A DNA stretch of 63,555 nucleotides, counting the filler, from Halorussus marinus (GTDB lineage Archaea > Halobacteriota > Halobacteria > Halobacteriales > Haladaptataceae): NCBI RefSeq assembly GCF_004765795.1. It is 4 parts of 4 records of this genome, joined end to end, with 100 filler letters (N's around TTAATTAATTAA, not from the genome) between each part and the next. Parts side by side here need not be neighbours in the genome. Positions count along the whole stretch, not along the records: positions 1 to 20,806 come from NZ_SBIV01000017.1; 3 more parts are not named here. One strand, given 5' to 3'. Position numbers and translations under genes: made by a program. The notes under the pieces are model-generated. The model was not told the DNA's origin and made no database searches. It saw nothing but the letters and a program-made list of their open reading frames with translations. Below are positions 1-11,215 of this stretch, piece after piece. Numbering within the stretch: position 1 is the first letter of the stretch; every line of letters begins with the position of its first letter.

Positions 1-126
1 CTTCGCCGTGCGAGCGCGGTCATGGTTTCGTGAGTTCCGCGAGATCGCGCTGATGTGTGTCGTCTATAACATCAAACGCTTCGTCAAACAGTGAATCTCT
101 CCGCCTTACAGCGATTCAACACAGCC
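1..126 (+). mobile_element. 3' end of IS5-family element (contig edge)
   Basis: Frame 2 reads FAVRARSWFREFREIALMCVVYNIKRFVKQ* (2-94), followed by terminal repeat gcgattcaacacagcc (111-126). The same sequence is at 20907-21032. Confidence 0.85.
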
Positions 127-202
127 ATTGTTAGTCAGCCTGCAGCTGTAGCTGAAAGTCGTAGCGGGCAAGGGTGGCGCGTTCGCGCCACCCGACGAAA
201 GC

Positions 203-1087
203 ATGATTCCACTCAAGACGTTCGTCTCGGAGCATCGCGCCGCGAATCTGCTGGCACAGGCTCGCTGGCGTGACGGCATCTATTGCCCACGCTGCCGTGC
301 CGAATCCGTGATTCGGCACGGCAGCTATCGGGTGTTTCAGCGATACCGCTGTAAGAATTGTGACCGCACATTCAACGATCAGACCGGCACCGTCTTCGGA
401 CACTCGGCGGTCGAACTCAGGAAGTGGTTTCTCGCCGTCTACAGATACATCCGGTTCAACACCAGTCTTCGGCAGTTAGACGTAGAACTCGATGTCTCCT
501 ACAAAACGGTGTACCGGCGCGTCCAGCGCTTCCTGCGGGCGCTGGACGCGCCTCGGCCACAACTCGAAGGACCGGTAAAAATCGACGAACTCTACGTGAA
601 AGCCGGGCTCAAAGGCCGCAAGCGCGACCGACCGTCGCGCTCGCGTGGCCTCTCCACACGCGGAAGAGGATCGTACGAACAGGACAAGTTACCCGTGTTC
701 ATTCTGGCTGATCGCGGCACCGGCGACCGCTACGTGCTACCAGCGAAAGCCGCCGACGAATCGACGATTCGACTCTTGCTTGCGAACCGCAAAGAGGAGT
801 CGCTGACCGTCTACACCGACGGCTTTCGGGCGTACGAACCGCTGGACGAGGACGACGCATTCAACCGTGAATACGTCGTCCACGGCGACGGCGAATACGT
901 CGATGGGGACGCTCACGTCAATACCTGCGAGAGCCACGGATCGCTGGCGCGATCCTGGCTCTCGCCCCATCGAGGCGTCTCCAAAGACAAGCTCACGTCG
1001 TATCTCAGAACGTTTCAACTTCGTCGTCGTGTCTACCGAAAACCAGGGGAAGAAACGCTGAAAACCATCCTTGAAACCGCACTCTAA
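203..1087 (+). CDS. IS1595-family (ISH4-like) transposase
   Basis: N-terminal CPRC/CKNC Zn ribbon; IDELY, YTDG and NTCES motifs; right IR ends at 1115 (...gccacatgagcg). Confidence 0.9.
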   Translation: MIPLKTFVSEHRAANLLAQARWRDGIYCPRCRAESVIRHGSYRVFQRYRCKNCDRTFNDQTGTVFGHSAVELRKWFLAVYRYIRFNTSLRQLDVELDVSYKTVYRRVQRFLRALDAPRPQLEGPVKIDELYVKAGLKGRKRDRPSRSRGLSTRGRGSYEQDKLPVFILADRGTGDRYVLPAKAADESTIRLLLANRKEESLTVYTDGFRAYEPLDEDDAFNREYVVHGDGEYVDGDAHVNTCESHGSLARSWLSPHRGVSKDKLTSYLRTFQLRRRVYRKPGEETLKTILETAL

Positions 1088-1161
1088 TTCACCAGCAATC
1101 TACGCCACATGAGCGTAGGTGGGATTTTCCAAGCAATCTGATTCTTCCAGACGTCTAAAGA

Positions 1162-2441
1162 ACTCAGCTTTGCACGTTAGCGTCGGCGGTTGAGTGAACG
1201 AAGAGGTGGTCGATCTCTTCCATGAGGTCATCGACGCCACGGTCATCGTTGTCTCGAACCCACGAGAGGAGATTGTACACGGTTTCTTTCAGGGAGTGTT
1301 CGAGGTTCGCTCGAAGCGATGACGCTTTCGAGCGAACCGTCCCCAAGGCGCTCGACTCAGGATCAAGACGAACGAGACTGTAGGCAGCCATCAGAAGGTG
1401 CCAGTGCCGACTGGCACCTTCGTCGGTCTGCATCTCGCAGTCTCCTAGGCCGAGATCATGCTTCGAGTCCTCGAAGAACGTCTCGATGCGCCATCGCATT
1501 CCGTAGGAGCGAATCACGTGCTCGGTTGGGGGCGTCGATTTTGTTCGTAGCGAGGTACTTGACCGGGTTCTCTTCGTCTTCGTCGGTCTCTTTCTCGGCG
1601 ATGACCAGCTTCACGTCTCCCAGCTGGGAGACGGGAAGCTTCTTCGTCCAGATGTGGTAGGTGTCGTCATCGACATCGCGCTCAACCGTGTCGATACGCT
1701 TGCAGAGCGCATCGACACGGATCTCGTCGCCACCATAGGTCACCTGTCGATTGCTCCGGAGCGGGCCGATCCAGTCCTTGTCGTAGGATTCGATGTGTTC
1801 GGGAAGGCTAGAGTCGTGAGCGAACCACGAGTCGAAGAGGTAGGTGTCCGCAGGCACACCTACCTCTTCTTCGAGTTCGGTAACGATCTCTCGGGCTAGA
1901 TCGTATTTGGTATCGTGGTCATCGTCCTCGTCGTCTTGCTGTTCGTAGAGGCGGAACGTGAGCGGATAGGCAGTTTTGTCGTCAGCGTAGAAGGCGTAGA
2001 TGAGGTCTTGGCCCCAGACAGTGTCGCCTTCAGCGTGATCGTAGAATCGGCCGACGCCGGGGACTTCGTCCCCGGCTTTCTCGGTGATCGTATCGTCGAG
2101 GATGATGTAGCCATCCTGTGACCAGCGCGTTTCACCGTGTTTCTGAAGCTCTTCGAGGCGTTCGTGGTTGAACTCCTGTTCGTCCCAGTCGTACTGGGTG
2201 AGGAACTTGTTGAGGGCGCGTTTCCCCTGAGCTGGAAGGACTTCGCGTGCGATACCCGCCACGGTCTTGTTGCTGGCCGCAACAAGACCGGTGGCGTAGG
2301 TTTTCGCGTGATGACGTTGTGCTGGTGACAGCGACTCGAACTCGTCGAACACGCGCGTACACGACAAGAAGGTCGTAATCGGCATCATCCGTCCCTGCCA
2401 CCGCCTACGTCACGCTACCACTTCAACGTGCAAAGCTGAGT
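1162..2441 (-). mobile_element. IS701-family element with frameshifted transposase (1164-2388)
   Basis: IRs actcagctttgcacgtt (1162-1178) and aacgtgcaaagctgagt (2425-2441); TSD aaaga; ILDDT, FDSWF and RWRIETFFEDSK motifs split over two frames at the G5 run 1528-1532. Confidence 0.85.
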
Positions 2442-2452
2442 AAAGAAGTCAC

Positions 2453-3340
2453 CTAGTGTTCGTCAGAGGTAACCTCTGGATCCAGCGTGTCGCGAAGCGC
2501 GTCGCCTAGTAGATTGAATCCGAGAATCGTGGCACCAAGAGCTAAACTCGGCCATAGCACGAACCAAATTGATTCATGCATCGTGGTTCGGGCCTGTGAA
2601 ACCATGTAACCCCAGTCAGGGTTTGGTGGTTGTGTTCCCAGTCCAAGGAAGGATAGGGAAGTCCCGATGAGGATGCCGAACCCGACTCTAATCGATGCCT
2701 CAACAATAATTGCCGGCATGACACTAGGCAGAATTTCAACAAAGGCGATGTACAGACTCGATTCACCTCTGGCTTCTGCCGCGGTGATATACTCCTCGTT
2801 CTTTATCGATAGTGTGCTACTTCTTGTAATCCGTGCCAGACGCGGCATGAAGACAATTCCGATCGCTAATACGGCATTCATCATTCCAGAACCGAGAGAC
2901 ACTACAACGAGTAAAGCCAGTAGAAGCGAGGGAATGCTCAAGAATATGTCCATTATACGCATGATGAACTCGTCGGTTTTCCCACCCAAGTATCCTGAGA
3001 GAATTCCAATTGGAACACCGAGAACGAGTCCTAATGCAGTAGCCGCTAATCCGAGTGTGATGCTCGCCTGCCCTCCGTAAAGGACACGCGAAAACAGGTC
3101 ACGCCCGAATTTATCGGTTCCAAGGAGGGTCTCGCCGCCAGGGTCAGCGAACTGGTCCGCTATCCCAGTCGCCGTTGGGTCGTGTGGCGCGATAACCGGT
3201 GCAAACAGGCTTCCCAGCAATATCGGTACCAGCAGCAGGATACTGAGTTGGCCCTTTCGCGAACTGAGTAGCCTATAGAGTATCCGATTGATACGTTTTA
3301 AGACCGATTCTTCGAACTCTACTGATTTTGTTTCAGCCAT
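2453..3340 (-). CDS. dppC: Peptide/nickel-family ABC transporter permease (DppC-like)
   Basis: LLGTDKFGRDLFSRVLYG, EAA loop EEYITAAEARGE, SLSFLGLG..PP.PDWG. Confidence 0.93.
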   Translation of the reverse strand: MAETKSVEFEESVLKRINRILYRLLSSRKGQLSILLLVPILLGSLFAPVIAPHDPTATGIADQFADPGGETLLGTDKFGRDLFSRVLYGGQASITLGLAATALGLVLGVPIGILSGYLGGKTDEFIMRIMDIFLSIPSLLLALLVVVSLGSGMMNAVLAIGIVFMPRLARITRSSTLSIKNEEYITAAEARGESSLYIAFVEILPSVMPAIIVEASIRVGFGILIGTSLSFLGLGTQPPNPDWGYMVSQARTTMHESIWFVLWPSLALGATILGFNLLGDALRDTLDPEVTSDEH

Positions 3341-3342
3341 CG

Positions 3343-4305
3343 TTAGCTTTCACCGTATTCAATCCGCGGGTCGAGGTACGTGTAGATAATGTCGGCTCCA
3401 AAGTTTGCGAACGTGTACACGATCGCGATGACCATGATCGAGGCCTGGATTACAGGCAGGTCCCGCACCTGAATAGACCTCACAATCAACCGTCCGAGTC
3501 CCGGATAGGAAAACACCTCCTCGACAATTACGATGCTCCCTAACAGATACCCGATGTCCAATGCCAACAAGGTAATTGTCGGCAGGAGTCCGTTTCGCAA
3601 GCCGTGCTTGAGCAGAACTGACCGCTCTTTCATCCCCTTGAGCCGTGCCGTTCGGATATAATCTGACTGTAAGACATCGACCATCTCAGAGCGTGTAAGC
3701 CGAACGACGTGAGCAATCAAGACGAACGTCAGGGTCACCGCCGGCAGAATCAAATGTTTAAGCCATGGTACGAACCCTTCACTGAGGGGGGCGTATCCCC
3801 CGAACGGAAGGACGTTGAACACAGGCCCCGTGAACAGCATCAGCAGCAGGATGCCGGTAACGAACTCGGGGAAGCTAATGCCGAGGTAGGAAGCGGTGCT
3901 CACCACAACGTCGGAGGGGGTATCTTTCTTGACCGCAGCGAGAACCCCAAGCGAAATTCCGACAACCGACACGAGGATCATCGTGACGAACGCAAGCACC
4001 GCTGACCGACGCAATGGGGCTGCAAGCGTTTCGATGACGGGACTGTTGTTCTCGAAGCTCTGTCCCCAGTTACCGGTGACAAAGTCAGCTAACCAGCTTG
4101 TATACTGGACGTACCACGGTTTGTTCAGCCCAAGTTGCTGCTCAAGCGCCTGAATGCTCTCTTCTGTCGCAAACTTCCCTAGAATCATTGTGGCAGCATT
4201 ACCCGGGAGCAGCTGGGTAATACCGAACACGATGAGGGAAATTCCGAGAAGGGTGAATCCAATATACACCAATCGCTTTATGAAATACTCCTTGAACCCT
4301 ACCAT
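3343..4305 (-). CDS. dppB: Peptide/nickel-family ABC transporter permease (DppB-like)
   Basis: LGLNKPWYVQY, DYIRTARLKG, EEVFSYPGLG, YTYLDPRI; start taken at MVGFKEY. Confidence 0.93.
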   Translation of the reverse strand: MVGFKEYFIKRLVYIGFTLLGISLIVFGITQLLPGNAATMILGKFATEESIQALEQQLGLNKPWYVQYTSWLADFVTGNWGQSFENNSPVIETLAAPLRRSAVLAFVTMILVSVVGISLGVLAAVKKDTPSDVVVSTASYLGISFPEFVTGILLLMLFTGPVFNVLPFGGYAPLSEGFVPWLKHLILPAVTLTFVLIAHVVRLTRSEMVDVLQSDYIRTARLKGMKERSVLLKHGLRNGLLPTITLLALDIGYLLGSIVIVEEVFSYPGLGRLIVRSIQVRDLPVIQASIMVIAIVYTFANFGADIIYTYLDPRIEYGES

Positions 4306-4562
4306 TCGTGTGTATGAGAGGCACACGCATACATAAAAATCTATCTTTCCCCGCACTATTTTCTGGATTTTCTTCTCCGTGCCTCCACGGGGCACTGTCT
4401 AGTTAAGCGAAACCGGTAGACTGCACGACGATGACCGTAGCTCGATTGATGCGAAGTCAGTGTTTGCATGGTGAGACATACTTCCGGGAACCGCTGAGCC
4501 ACGCGGATTCGACCGACTCAGCAAACACCTCAGTAGCGGTGCATGAACGTTGCTGCTTCATC

Positions 4563-4893
4563 ATGACCATCGCGCGCGAGGAGTGTATTCGGGCCGGTGC
4601 TCGGCCTGCTGTCGGTCGGGGATGTCGACGAGGCGATAGACGTGCTGAACCGGAGCTACTTCGGCAACGCCGCGAGCCTCTTCACGGGGAGCGGGTCCGA
4701 CGCCCGGAAGGTCCGCCACGAGGCCGACGTGGGGAACCTTGGCGTCAACGCCGCAACCGCCGCCCCGATGGCGTTCTTCCACTTCGGCGGGCGCAAGGAC
4801 TCGTTCTTCGGCGACCTCCACGCTCAGGACGAGGACATGATCCACTTCTATACCGACAAGACCGTCTGCATCGAACGGTGGCCAAACGCTTAA
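4563..4893 (+). pseudogene. mmsA: C-terminal fragment of CoA-acylating methylmalonate-semialdehyde dehydrogenase
   Basis: MTIAREE/(frameshift)/FGPVL...FGNAASLFT..PMAFFHFGGRKDSFFGDLHAQ..FYT; only about 110 codons remain. Confidence 0.8.
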
Positions 4894-4920
4894 CAAGCGA
4901 TTAGGCTACAACCAAGAGCC

Positions 4921-5401
4921 TGTCATAGAATCCATCTCATAGCTTCTCACAGCCCGGATTGGTTCCTCGTTCGTAGTTGGTGATTGCGACGACCAGCCGG
5001 AGGCAGAGCGCAACGAACACCTCTGTTCGTGCGTGGATGCGGCCTCGAGCGCGGACGTGCCCGAGGCCGCAGTCCTTGACCGCGTCGTTGGTTCGTTCGA
5101 CTCCCGTCCGGTTGTTGTACGTCTCGTCCAAGATAGATTGTTTCAGCTGCACGTCCTTACTGTGTTCCTTGATCCGGTCTTCGATCCTGTACTCGATGTC
5201 TTTGGGGTCGTCAGTGTTTCGCGGGTTGTACGGAGCAATTGGCACGACCCCTGCGGCCAGCAGGTGGTCGTGCCAATCGAGGATATCGTAGGCGCTGTCT
5301 CCGAGCATCCAGACCGGTGTATCGACGGCGAGCGCGTCACGCGTGACGCGCATCGCCGTCTTTTGATCTGCTTGCTTAGCCTGTGTGAACTCCGCTGCGA
5401 T
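4921..5401 (-). pseudogene. 3' fragment of ISH11-like transposase
   Basis: Close match to the C-terminal part of the 27664-28656 transposase (MRVTRDALAV..WMLGDSAYD..RTGVERTN); truncated by the IS6-like end at 5402. Confidence 0.85.
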
Positions 5402-5800
5402 GGCACTGTCTAGTTAGGCAAAATCGCCAGCGGGTAGGACGATGACCGTAGCTCATTTGGAGCAAAACCAGTGTCTGAACAGTGAGACGTACAGCCGGGA
5501 ATCCCTGAGCGGCCCCAATTCGACCAGCTCGGCAAACATCTCGGCCTCAGTGCATGAATAGTGTTGCTCCACCACCGGTCAGAGAGGTACTCTCACGCCA
5601 ATATTTCTACGAATCGCTTAACTAGACAGTGCCTCTCGCACCCTGCTGCTTCGTACGTGACGCTTTCAATGACACGCTCTTACAATCAAAGTTAGCCACG
5701 ATACGGGTCATCCGTTGACATTTATAGCTCTAAATGGTCTCCTCCGAAAGACATCGGAGGGTTATCCATAAATAGTTGAAGCTAAATGTATACCATAGCA

Positions 5801-7882
5801 ATGCAAACCACGACGCTCGAAGAAGATAGTGCTGGCCAGAGCGTGCTAGATATTACCTCGCTGGACGTGGAGTACCAGACGGAAGGGAAACCCGTCAAGG
5901 CTGCTAGGGACGTCTCGCTTCGCATTGAGCAAGGTGAAACAGTCGGCATCGCCGGCGAAAGCGGTAGTGGAAAGAGTACACTCGCCCTTGCCGTCATGCA
6001 GTATCTCGGAGATAACGGGAGAATCACCGGGGGAGACATCAAGTTCGACGGTGAATCTCTCTTGGACCTATCTCCTGAGGAGCTGAAAAGGCTCCGGGGA
6101 AACCGGATTGCACACGTTCCACAGGACCCGAAGACATCCCTCAATCCCAGTCTCAGAGTTGGTGAACAGATTGCCGAGACACTTCGAATCCATAGGGATA
6201 TCTCCAAAGAGGAATCGATGGAGAAGGTCTACGACGTGCTCCGGCAGGTTGACCTCCCGGACCCAGAGTACAACTCGGAGAAGTATCCGCACGAACTCTC
6301 AGGAGGGATGCAACAGCGGGTACTGTTCGCGATGGGACTGGTCTGCGAACCGGAACTGCTTATCCTCGACGAACCGACGACCGGGTTAGACGTAACGACC
6401 CAGGCAAAGATTCTGGACTTAATCGAGGATCTGAAAAGCTCTATGGACACGAGCGTTCTGCTCATTACACACAATCTCGGTGTGATAGCGGAGATTGCCG
6501 ATCGAGTCTCGATCATGTACGCCGGCGAGATCATGGAAAAGGGGCCAGTCGAGTCCGTATTCAACAACCCGGCAAACCCCTACACGCAAGGACTCCTCGG
6601 TGCGCTTCCCGACGAAGATATCAGTACTGAACTCAAACCCATCGAAGGCCAAATCCCGTCTCTGCAGGATATACCGGCCGGGTGTATTTTCTCGGACCGA
6701 TGCGAGTTCGCCCAAGAGGAATGTCGGGCAGGCACTATCGAAGAAGAAGTCGTTTCTGAGGACGACGGACACACTTCGAAGTGCCGCCGCTGGGAACACG
6801 CTCGTAACAATCCGCTCCAGTTGGATCATTCTCCTGAGAGCGACACCGAGATCCTGCAATCCGACTCGACCGGTGATACCCTGATCGACGTCGAGAACCT
6901 GAAGAAGTACTACGGCGGGGAGTCGTTCTTTGATCATTTCTTCAGTAGTGAACCGCCCGTCAAGGCGGTCAATGGTGTCGACTTTGAGATTAGAGAATCA
7001 GAAGCCATTGGTATCGTCGGCGAGAGCGGTTGTGGGAAGAGCACGCTCGGTTCGACATTACTCAATCTCCTCGATATCACGGATGGGTCCGTCAAGTACC
7101 GGGGGAGCGATATCGATGCCCTCTCCGAGTCAGAGCTGAAGGAGTTCCGCTCGGAGTGTCAGATCGTCTTCCAGAATCCGCATTCGAGCCTCAATCCAAA
7201 GCGCACGATTGGCCAAGCGTTGGAACGGCCGCTCGAACTGTTTACCGAAAAATCGGAGGCAGAGCGGAAGGAGCGAGTAATCGAATTGCTCGACCAGGTC
7301 GAACTCGGTGAAGAATACGTTGGTCGCTATCCGAAGGAACTCTCCGGAGGGGAAAAGCAGCGCGTTGCCATCGCGAGGGCATTCGCGGCCGACCCATCTT
7401 TCGTGGTCCTCGACGAACCCGTCTCCGCTCTGGACGTGAGCGTTCAGGCGAGCATCCTGAACCTGCTCTCGAAACTTCAGGACGAGTACGACGCCTCGTA
7501 CGTGTTCATCAGCCACGATCTCAGCGTCGTCAAGCACATCAGCGACCGAGTGGCTATCATGTATCTCGGGGAAATCGTCGAAATTGGACCTACCGAACAG
7601 ATATTCGAACCCCCGTTTCATCCATACACACGGTCACTTCTGTCGAGTATTCCGTCGCCCGATCCGGAGAAATCCAGCGAGCGGATTTATCTCGAGGGAG
7701 ACGTCCCAAGTGCACGGCACAGTCCAAGCGGGTGCGCGTTCCACACACGTTGCCCGCAGAAAATTGGCGATATCTGTGAAACCGAAGTCCCCCCGCTGGA
7801 ATCCGTGGACGGGGGCGACGGGACCCACCAAATCGCGTGCCATCTCGACAAAGAGGAGATGAGCGAGCCGATAGATCCCTAG
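5801..7882 (+). CDS. Fused double ABC ATPase (DppD/DppF-like)
   Basis: Two Walker A motifs (GESGSGKS, GESGCGKS), two LSGG signatures and two Cys-rich oligopeptide-ATPase tails. Confidence 0.95.
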   Translation: MQTTTLEEDSAGQSVLDITSLDVEYQTEGKPVKAARDVSLRIEQGETVGIAGESGSGKSTLALAVMQYLGDNGRITGGDIKFDGESLLDLSPEELKRLRGNRIAHVPQDPKTSLNPSLRVGEQIAETLRIHRDISKEESMEKVYDVLRQVDLPDPEYNSEKYPHELSGGMQQRVLFAMGLVCEPELLILDEPTTGLDVTTQAKILDLIEDLKSSMDTSVLLITHNLGVIAEIADRVSIMYAGEIMEKGPVESVFNNPANPYTQGLLGALPDEDISTELKPIEGQIPSLQDIPAGCIFSDRCEFAQEECRAGTIEEEVVSEDDGHTSKCRRWEHARNNPLQLDHSPESDTEILQSDSTGDTLIDVENLKKYYGGESFFDHFFSSEPPVKAVNGVDFEIRESEAIGIVGESGCGKSTLGSTLLNLLDITDGSVKYRGSDIDALSESELKEFRSECQIVFQNPHSSLNPKRTIGQALERPLELFTEKSEAERKERVIELLDQVELGEEYVGRYPKELSGGEKQRVAIARAFAADPSFVVLDEPVSALDVSVQASILNLLSKLQDEYDASYVFISHDLSVVKHISDRVAIMYLGEIVEIGPTEQIFEPPFHPYTRSLLSSIPSPDPEKSSERIYLEGDVPSARHSPSGCAFHTRCPQKIGDICETEVPPLESVDGGDGTHQIACHLDKEEMSEPIDP

Positions 7883-7991
7883 ATTTTCTCGGCTTCTACA
7901 ATCGTCGGCGCGGGGACTGCTGGCGAACTGGTGTGAATCCCTTTCAAGCTTCGATGCAGTTCTGACTCCGAATGAAGGGGGTTGGACCGAT

Positions 7992-9686
7992 TTAGTTCGA
8001 AACAGTCGGTGCATCCCCGCTCAACGCTATTTCGTCGGCGTAGAAGAGGTACGTGAGCGGACTCACGTTGTACTGTTCGACGTAGTCGTTGCTCGCGCCG
8101 ATCTGGTCGTCGTAGTACGGGATGGCATAGGGGCCCTGGTTGGAGACGACTTCCTGCGCCGTGGCCATTGCCTCGGCCCTCTCCTCCGAGTCCGTACTTG
8201 CGTTAGCCTTGTCAATTGCGTCGTCGAACTCCTGGTTCGAGAAGTGCGACTCCCCGTTCCACCCGCCTTCCGAATGAAGGAGCAGTTTCATGAAGTTAGC
8301 GCCGCTAATCCGCATCCCGTACATTCCCATGTAGCATGGCGCCTTCGTCCACACGTCGTTGATGTACCTGTCGTAGCTGACTTGCTCGATATCGAACGTG
8401 ATTCCGATTTCCTGCAGTTGGCCCTGAATCATCACCGCGGAGTCCGGGCGCTCTGGCGGATCGTTCGACGTGTAGAACGTCAGGTCGAAATCGTCTCCGA
8501 GGTCGAACCCGTTGGGATACCCCGCTTCAGCAAGGAGTTCCTTGGCTCGTTCGACGTCGCGCTCCGGGGGTCTGTCCTCGAGGTCATGGAAGAACTCGTA
8601 GGACGGGGCAATCGGGGTGTCCTGGGCCGGTTCTCCGAGTCCCCCTAGCACGTTTTCGATAATCGCTTCACGGTCGATTGCTAGCTTGACCGCTTCGCGG
8701 ACGCGCTCGTCGCTCCACGGCTCGACGGAGACGTCCATGATGAAGTTGACGATGTTCCCTGCTGGCACCCGTTGCGTCTCGACCCCATCGCTGTCCTGGA
8801 GACTGCTCCACTGGTCGGTCGGTGGCTCCCAGATGATGTCGATTTCGTTGTTGTTTAGCGCTCTCACTAGGGAACTCCCTTCAGGTATCGTCCGTGCGGT
8901 GACGCGGTCAACGTACGGGCGACTGTTCCCGTCATCATCCTCTCCGTAGTAATCATCGTACGCGACACCCATGACGTGATTGCCAGCTTCGAATTCCTCC
9001 AGTTCGAATGGCCCGCTTCCAAACTCCTGCGTCCCTAAGTCTTGCCGCCGTTCTTGGTCAGTGACGATTTCTTCTGGGACGATTGCACCCCACCCTTTTG
9101 CGACTAGCTTCGGGAGGTCAGCATTGGGTGAACTCAAGGTGAAGCGGACAGTCGTCTCGTCAACCGCTTCAACGGTATCGATGTCACCCATCGTTCCTGC
9201 CCCAGGACTCCCCACGTCTTCACTGTAGACCGTGTTAAACGTGGCAGCGACGTCCGACGCAGTTACGGTCTCTCCATTGTGATGGAACGTTGCATCGTCT
9301 CGAATCGTGAACGTCCATTCGTCAACATTGTCATTTGCCGACCAGTCTGTGGCGAGATCCCCGTACAACTCAAGGTTCTCGTCTAGTCTCGTCAGCGTGG
9401 AGTAGAACAGCTTCACTGCCCAGCGCTCGGTGAATTTCGACCCCATCATTACCGGGCTGATAGTGGCAACTGTTCTGTCCTGACCCACTCGAAGATGACC
9501 GTTTTGGGAGGCTTGCACGTCGCTGCTTGCGTCGCTTTCACCACTTACGTCGTTTTCGCCACCTCCCTTGTCCTCACTATCAGAGTCGTCTTCGTTGTTG
9601 TTACCTGTACAACCAGCCACGCTCGCCACCGTCCCACTACCAATGAGACTAAGGTACTTGCGGCGAGGAATGTCTATTGGTCGCAT
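7992..9686 (-). CDS. Family-5 ABC substrate-binding lipoprotein (DppA-like), Tat-exported
   Basis: PRRKYL Tat motif, lipobox VAGC, acidic linker; LATDW..WTFTIRDDATFH, GSGPF, DERVREAVKLAIDRE. Confidence 0.93.
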   Translation of the reverse strand: MRPIDIPRRKYLSLIGSGTVASVAGCTGNNNEDDSDSEDKGGGENDVSGESDASSDVQASQNGHLRVGQDRTVATISPVMMGSKFTERWAVKLFYSTLTRLDENLELYGDLATDWSANDNVDEWTFTIRDDATFHHNGETVTASDVAATFNTVYSEDVGSPGAGTMGDIDTVEAVDETTVRFTLSSPNADLPKLVAKGWGAIVPEEIVTDQERRQDLGTQEFGSGPFELEEFEAGNHVMGVAYDDYYGEDDDGNSRPYVDRVTARTIPEGSSLVRALNNNEIDIIWEPPTDQWSSLQDSDGVETQRVPAGNIVNFIMDVSVEPWSDERVREAVKLAIDREAIIENVLGGLGEPAQDTPIAPSYEFFHDLEDRPPERDVERAKELLAEAGYPNGFDLGDDFDLTFYTSNDPPERPDSAVMIQGQLQEIGITFDIEQVSYDRYINDVWTKAPCYMGMYGMRISGANFMKLLLHSEGGWNGESHFSNQEFDDAIDKANASTDSEERAEAMATAQEVVSNQGPYAIPYYDDQIGASNDYVEQYNVSPLTYLFYADEIALSGDAPTVSN

Positions 9687-10069
9687 ACCACACTTGTTCC
9701 TGAACCCGTCAATATTTATATCTACCTGAAAATTACGAGGGAGAGAATACTAATCATATTAAATGTCTAATCGAACGGTCCAGAAATCATCTAATTCCTT
9801 TGCCACGAAACATTATGTAAAATAGATTTTGTATATCGGCAGCCAGATTCTAGCACCTGAACTACCAGTATCGATGGCGGAGTTTACGGAACCGCGCTCA
9901 CAAACGTTCTTGAAAATCGGTCAGCGTGGTTCGATACCACTATACTGACGGGGTCGGGATTCGAATTGGCAAACAGGCCCAAGGAATACTTGAGGAAGTA
10001 CCCCGAAATGAGCGGGCCGGCAGGACTTCTATCAGACCGGTCTCTCCGAGAATCGGGTGTCTATTCTCG

Positions 10070-11215
10070 CTATAAACGGTCGATACTATGTTCTGAAACA
10101 TCATGTACCGTTTCCCCATCGTCCACGTAATCCGCCAATATTTCGCCGATCACGCTTGTGAACTTGAAGCCATGTCCGCTGAAGCCAGCACCCACGGTGA
10201 CTGAATCATAGTCCGGTACGCGTCCAAGGACGAAGTCTGTGTCCGGTGAATATGATTGAATACACGTCCGAAGCGATATCGTCGGCCCCGCTGCTTCGGG
10301 GAAGAACTTCTTCACATATCTCCGATGGAGTTCTTCTTCGGCCACCGCCGGTTCCCGATTCATCTCGTCAGGGTCAGTAACTTTTCGAAGGTCGCTCGAC
10401 CGACCGAACTTGAAGCCCGGGACGTCATAAATGGGAAATCCGTATCCGCCTTCTTCTTGGTCTCGAACTACGAACACGGGAAACCGGTCGGGAGTAAAGA
10501 GTTCCTGCTTCTCAGGCTGCAGCCACGCCATGAGGGCACGCACCGGAACGATTTCCTCGGCGAGTGAGTCCAAGAGCTCTGTCGTCCATGAACCAGCCGT
10601 TAGGACAAGTTCGTCCGCGACGTACCGGCGCTTATCAGTCTGTATAGTGACCCCCTTCTCGGTCTCCGACCAGTCAATTACTTGCTCGCGCCCATGTACC
10701 GTGGCCCCCTCCGCATGGGCTGCCTCCACATGGGCGGAGATACACCGCTCACAGTCGAGAAACCCTCCGTCCTTCTGATAGATAGCGCGAAATTCATCCG
10801 GCAGTTCGAACCCCGGAAAACGCTCGTTCACCGACAACCCTGAGAGCTCGTCGTATTCGATGTCGTTCTCCTCACATGAGAGCCGGGCATCCTCCACGAC
10901 ATCCGTTCCCGGTCCGCCAGCGTGAATTGAACCAGTCCGATGGAACAGGTCACGCCCGGTACGGGCTTCGAGATTCTCCCAAAGGTCGTACGCACGTTCG
11001 ACCAACGGAACGTATTCCGGCCCTTCTGGCTGTACCTTCCGAATGATACGAGTACTACCATGTGAGGAACCCATCGTGTGCGGTACGTCGTACCGTTCGA
11101 TACCGAGGACGTCGAGACCTCGTTGGGCGAGATGATACGTCGCTGCGCTTCCCATACCGCCAACACCGACTACGATGACGTCGTACTGTTGGTCAGAGGT
11201 AGGAGTCCGAGCCAT
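10070..11215 (-). CDS. solA: Monomeric sarcosine oxidase / N-methyltryptophan oxidase family
   Basis: GVGGMGSA, GSSHGSTRIIR, GFSGHGFKF; Cys in TCIQSY at the covalent-FAD position. Confidence 0.85.
   Translation of the reverse strand: MARTPTSDQQYDVIVVGVGGMGSAATYHLAQRGLDVLGIERYDVPHTMGSSHGSTRIIRKVQPEGPEYVPLVERAYDLWENLEARTGRDLFHRTGSIHAGGPGTDVVEDARLSCEENDIEYDELSGLSVNERFPGFELPDEFRAIYQKDGGFLDCERCISAHVEAAHAEGATVHGREQVIDWSETEKGVTIQTDKRRYVADELVLTAGSWTTELLDSLAEEIVPVRALMAWLQPEKQELFTPDRFPVFVVRDQEEGGYGFPIYDVPGFKFGRSSDLRKVTDPDEMNREPAVAEEELHRRYVKKFFPEAAGPTISLRTCIQSYSPDTDFVLGRVPDYDSVTVGAGFSGHGFKFTSVIGEILADYVDDGETVHDVSEHSIDRL

Larger units (their letters stand above)
4391..5633. mobile_element. Segment bounded by IS6-like ends; inner short IR-to-IR element at 5402-5633
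   Basis: ggcactgtctagttaagcg (4391-4409) is a perfect inverted match to cgcttaactagacagtgcc (5615-5633). A second, diverged left end starts at 5402. No IS6 transposase is present. Confidence 0.7.

Noticed and set aside
1520..1535. Programmed frameshift in the IS701 transposase
   Set aside because: It is a single extra base in a G5 run near the C-terminus; mutation or homopolymer sequencing error is more likely.
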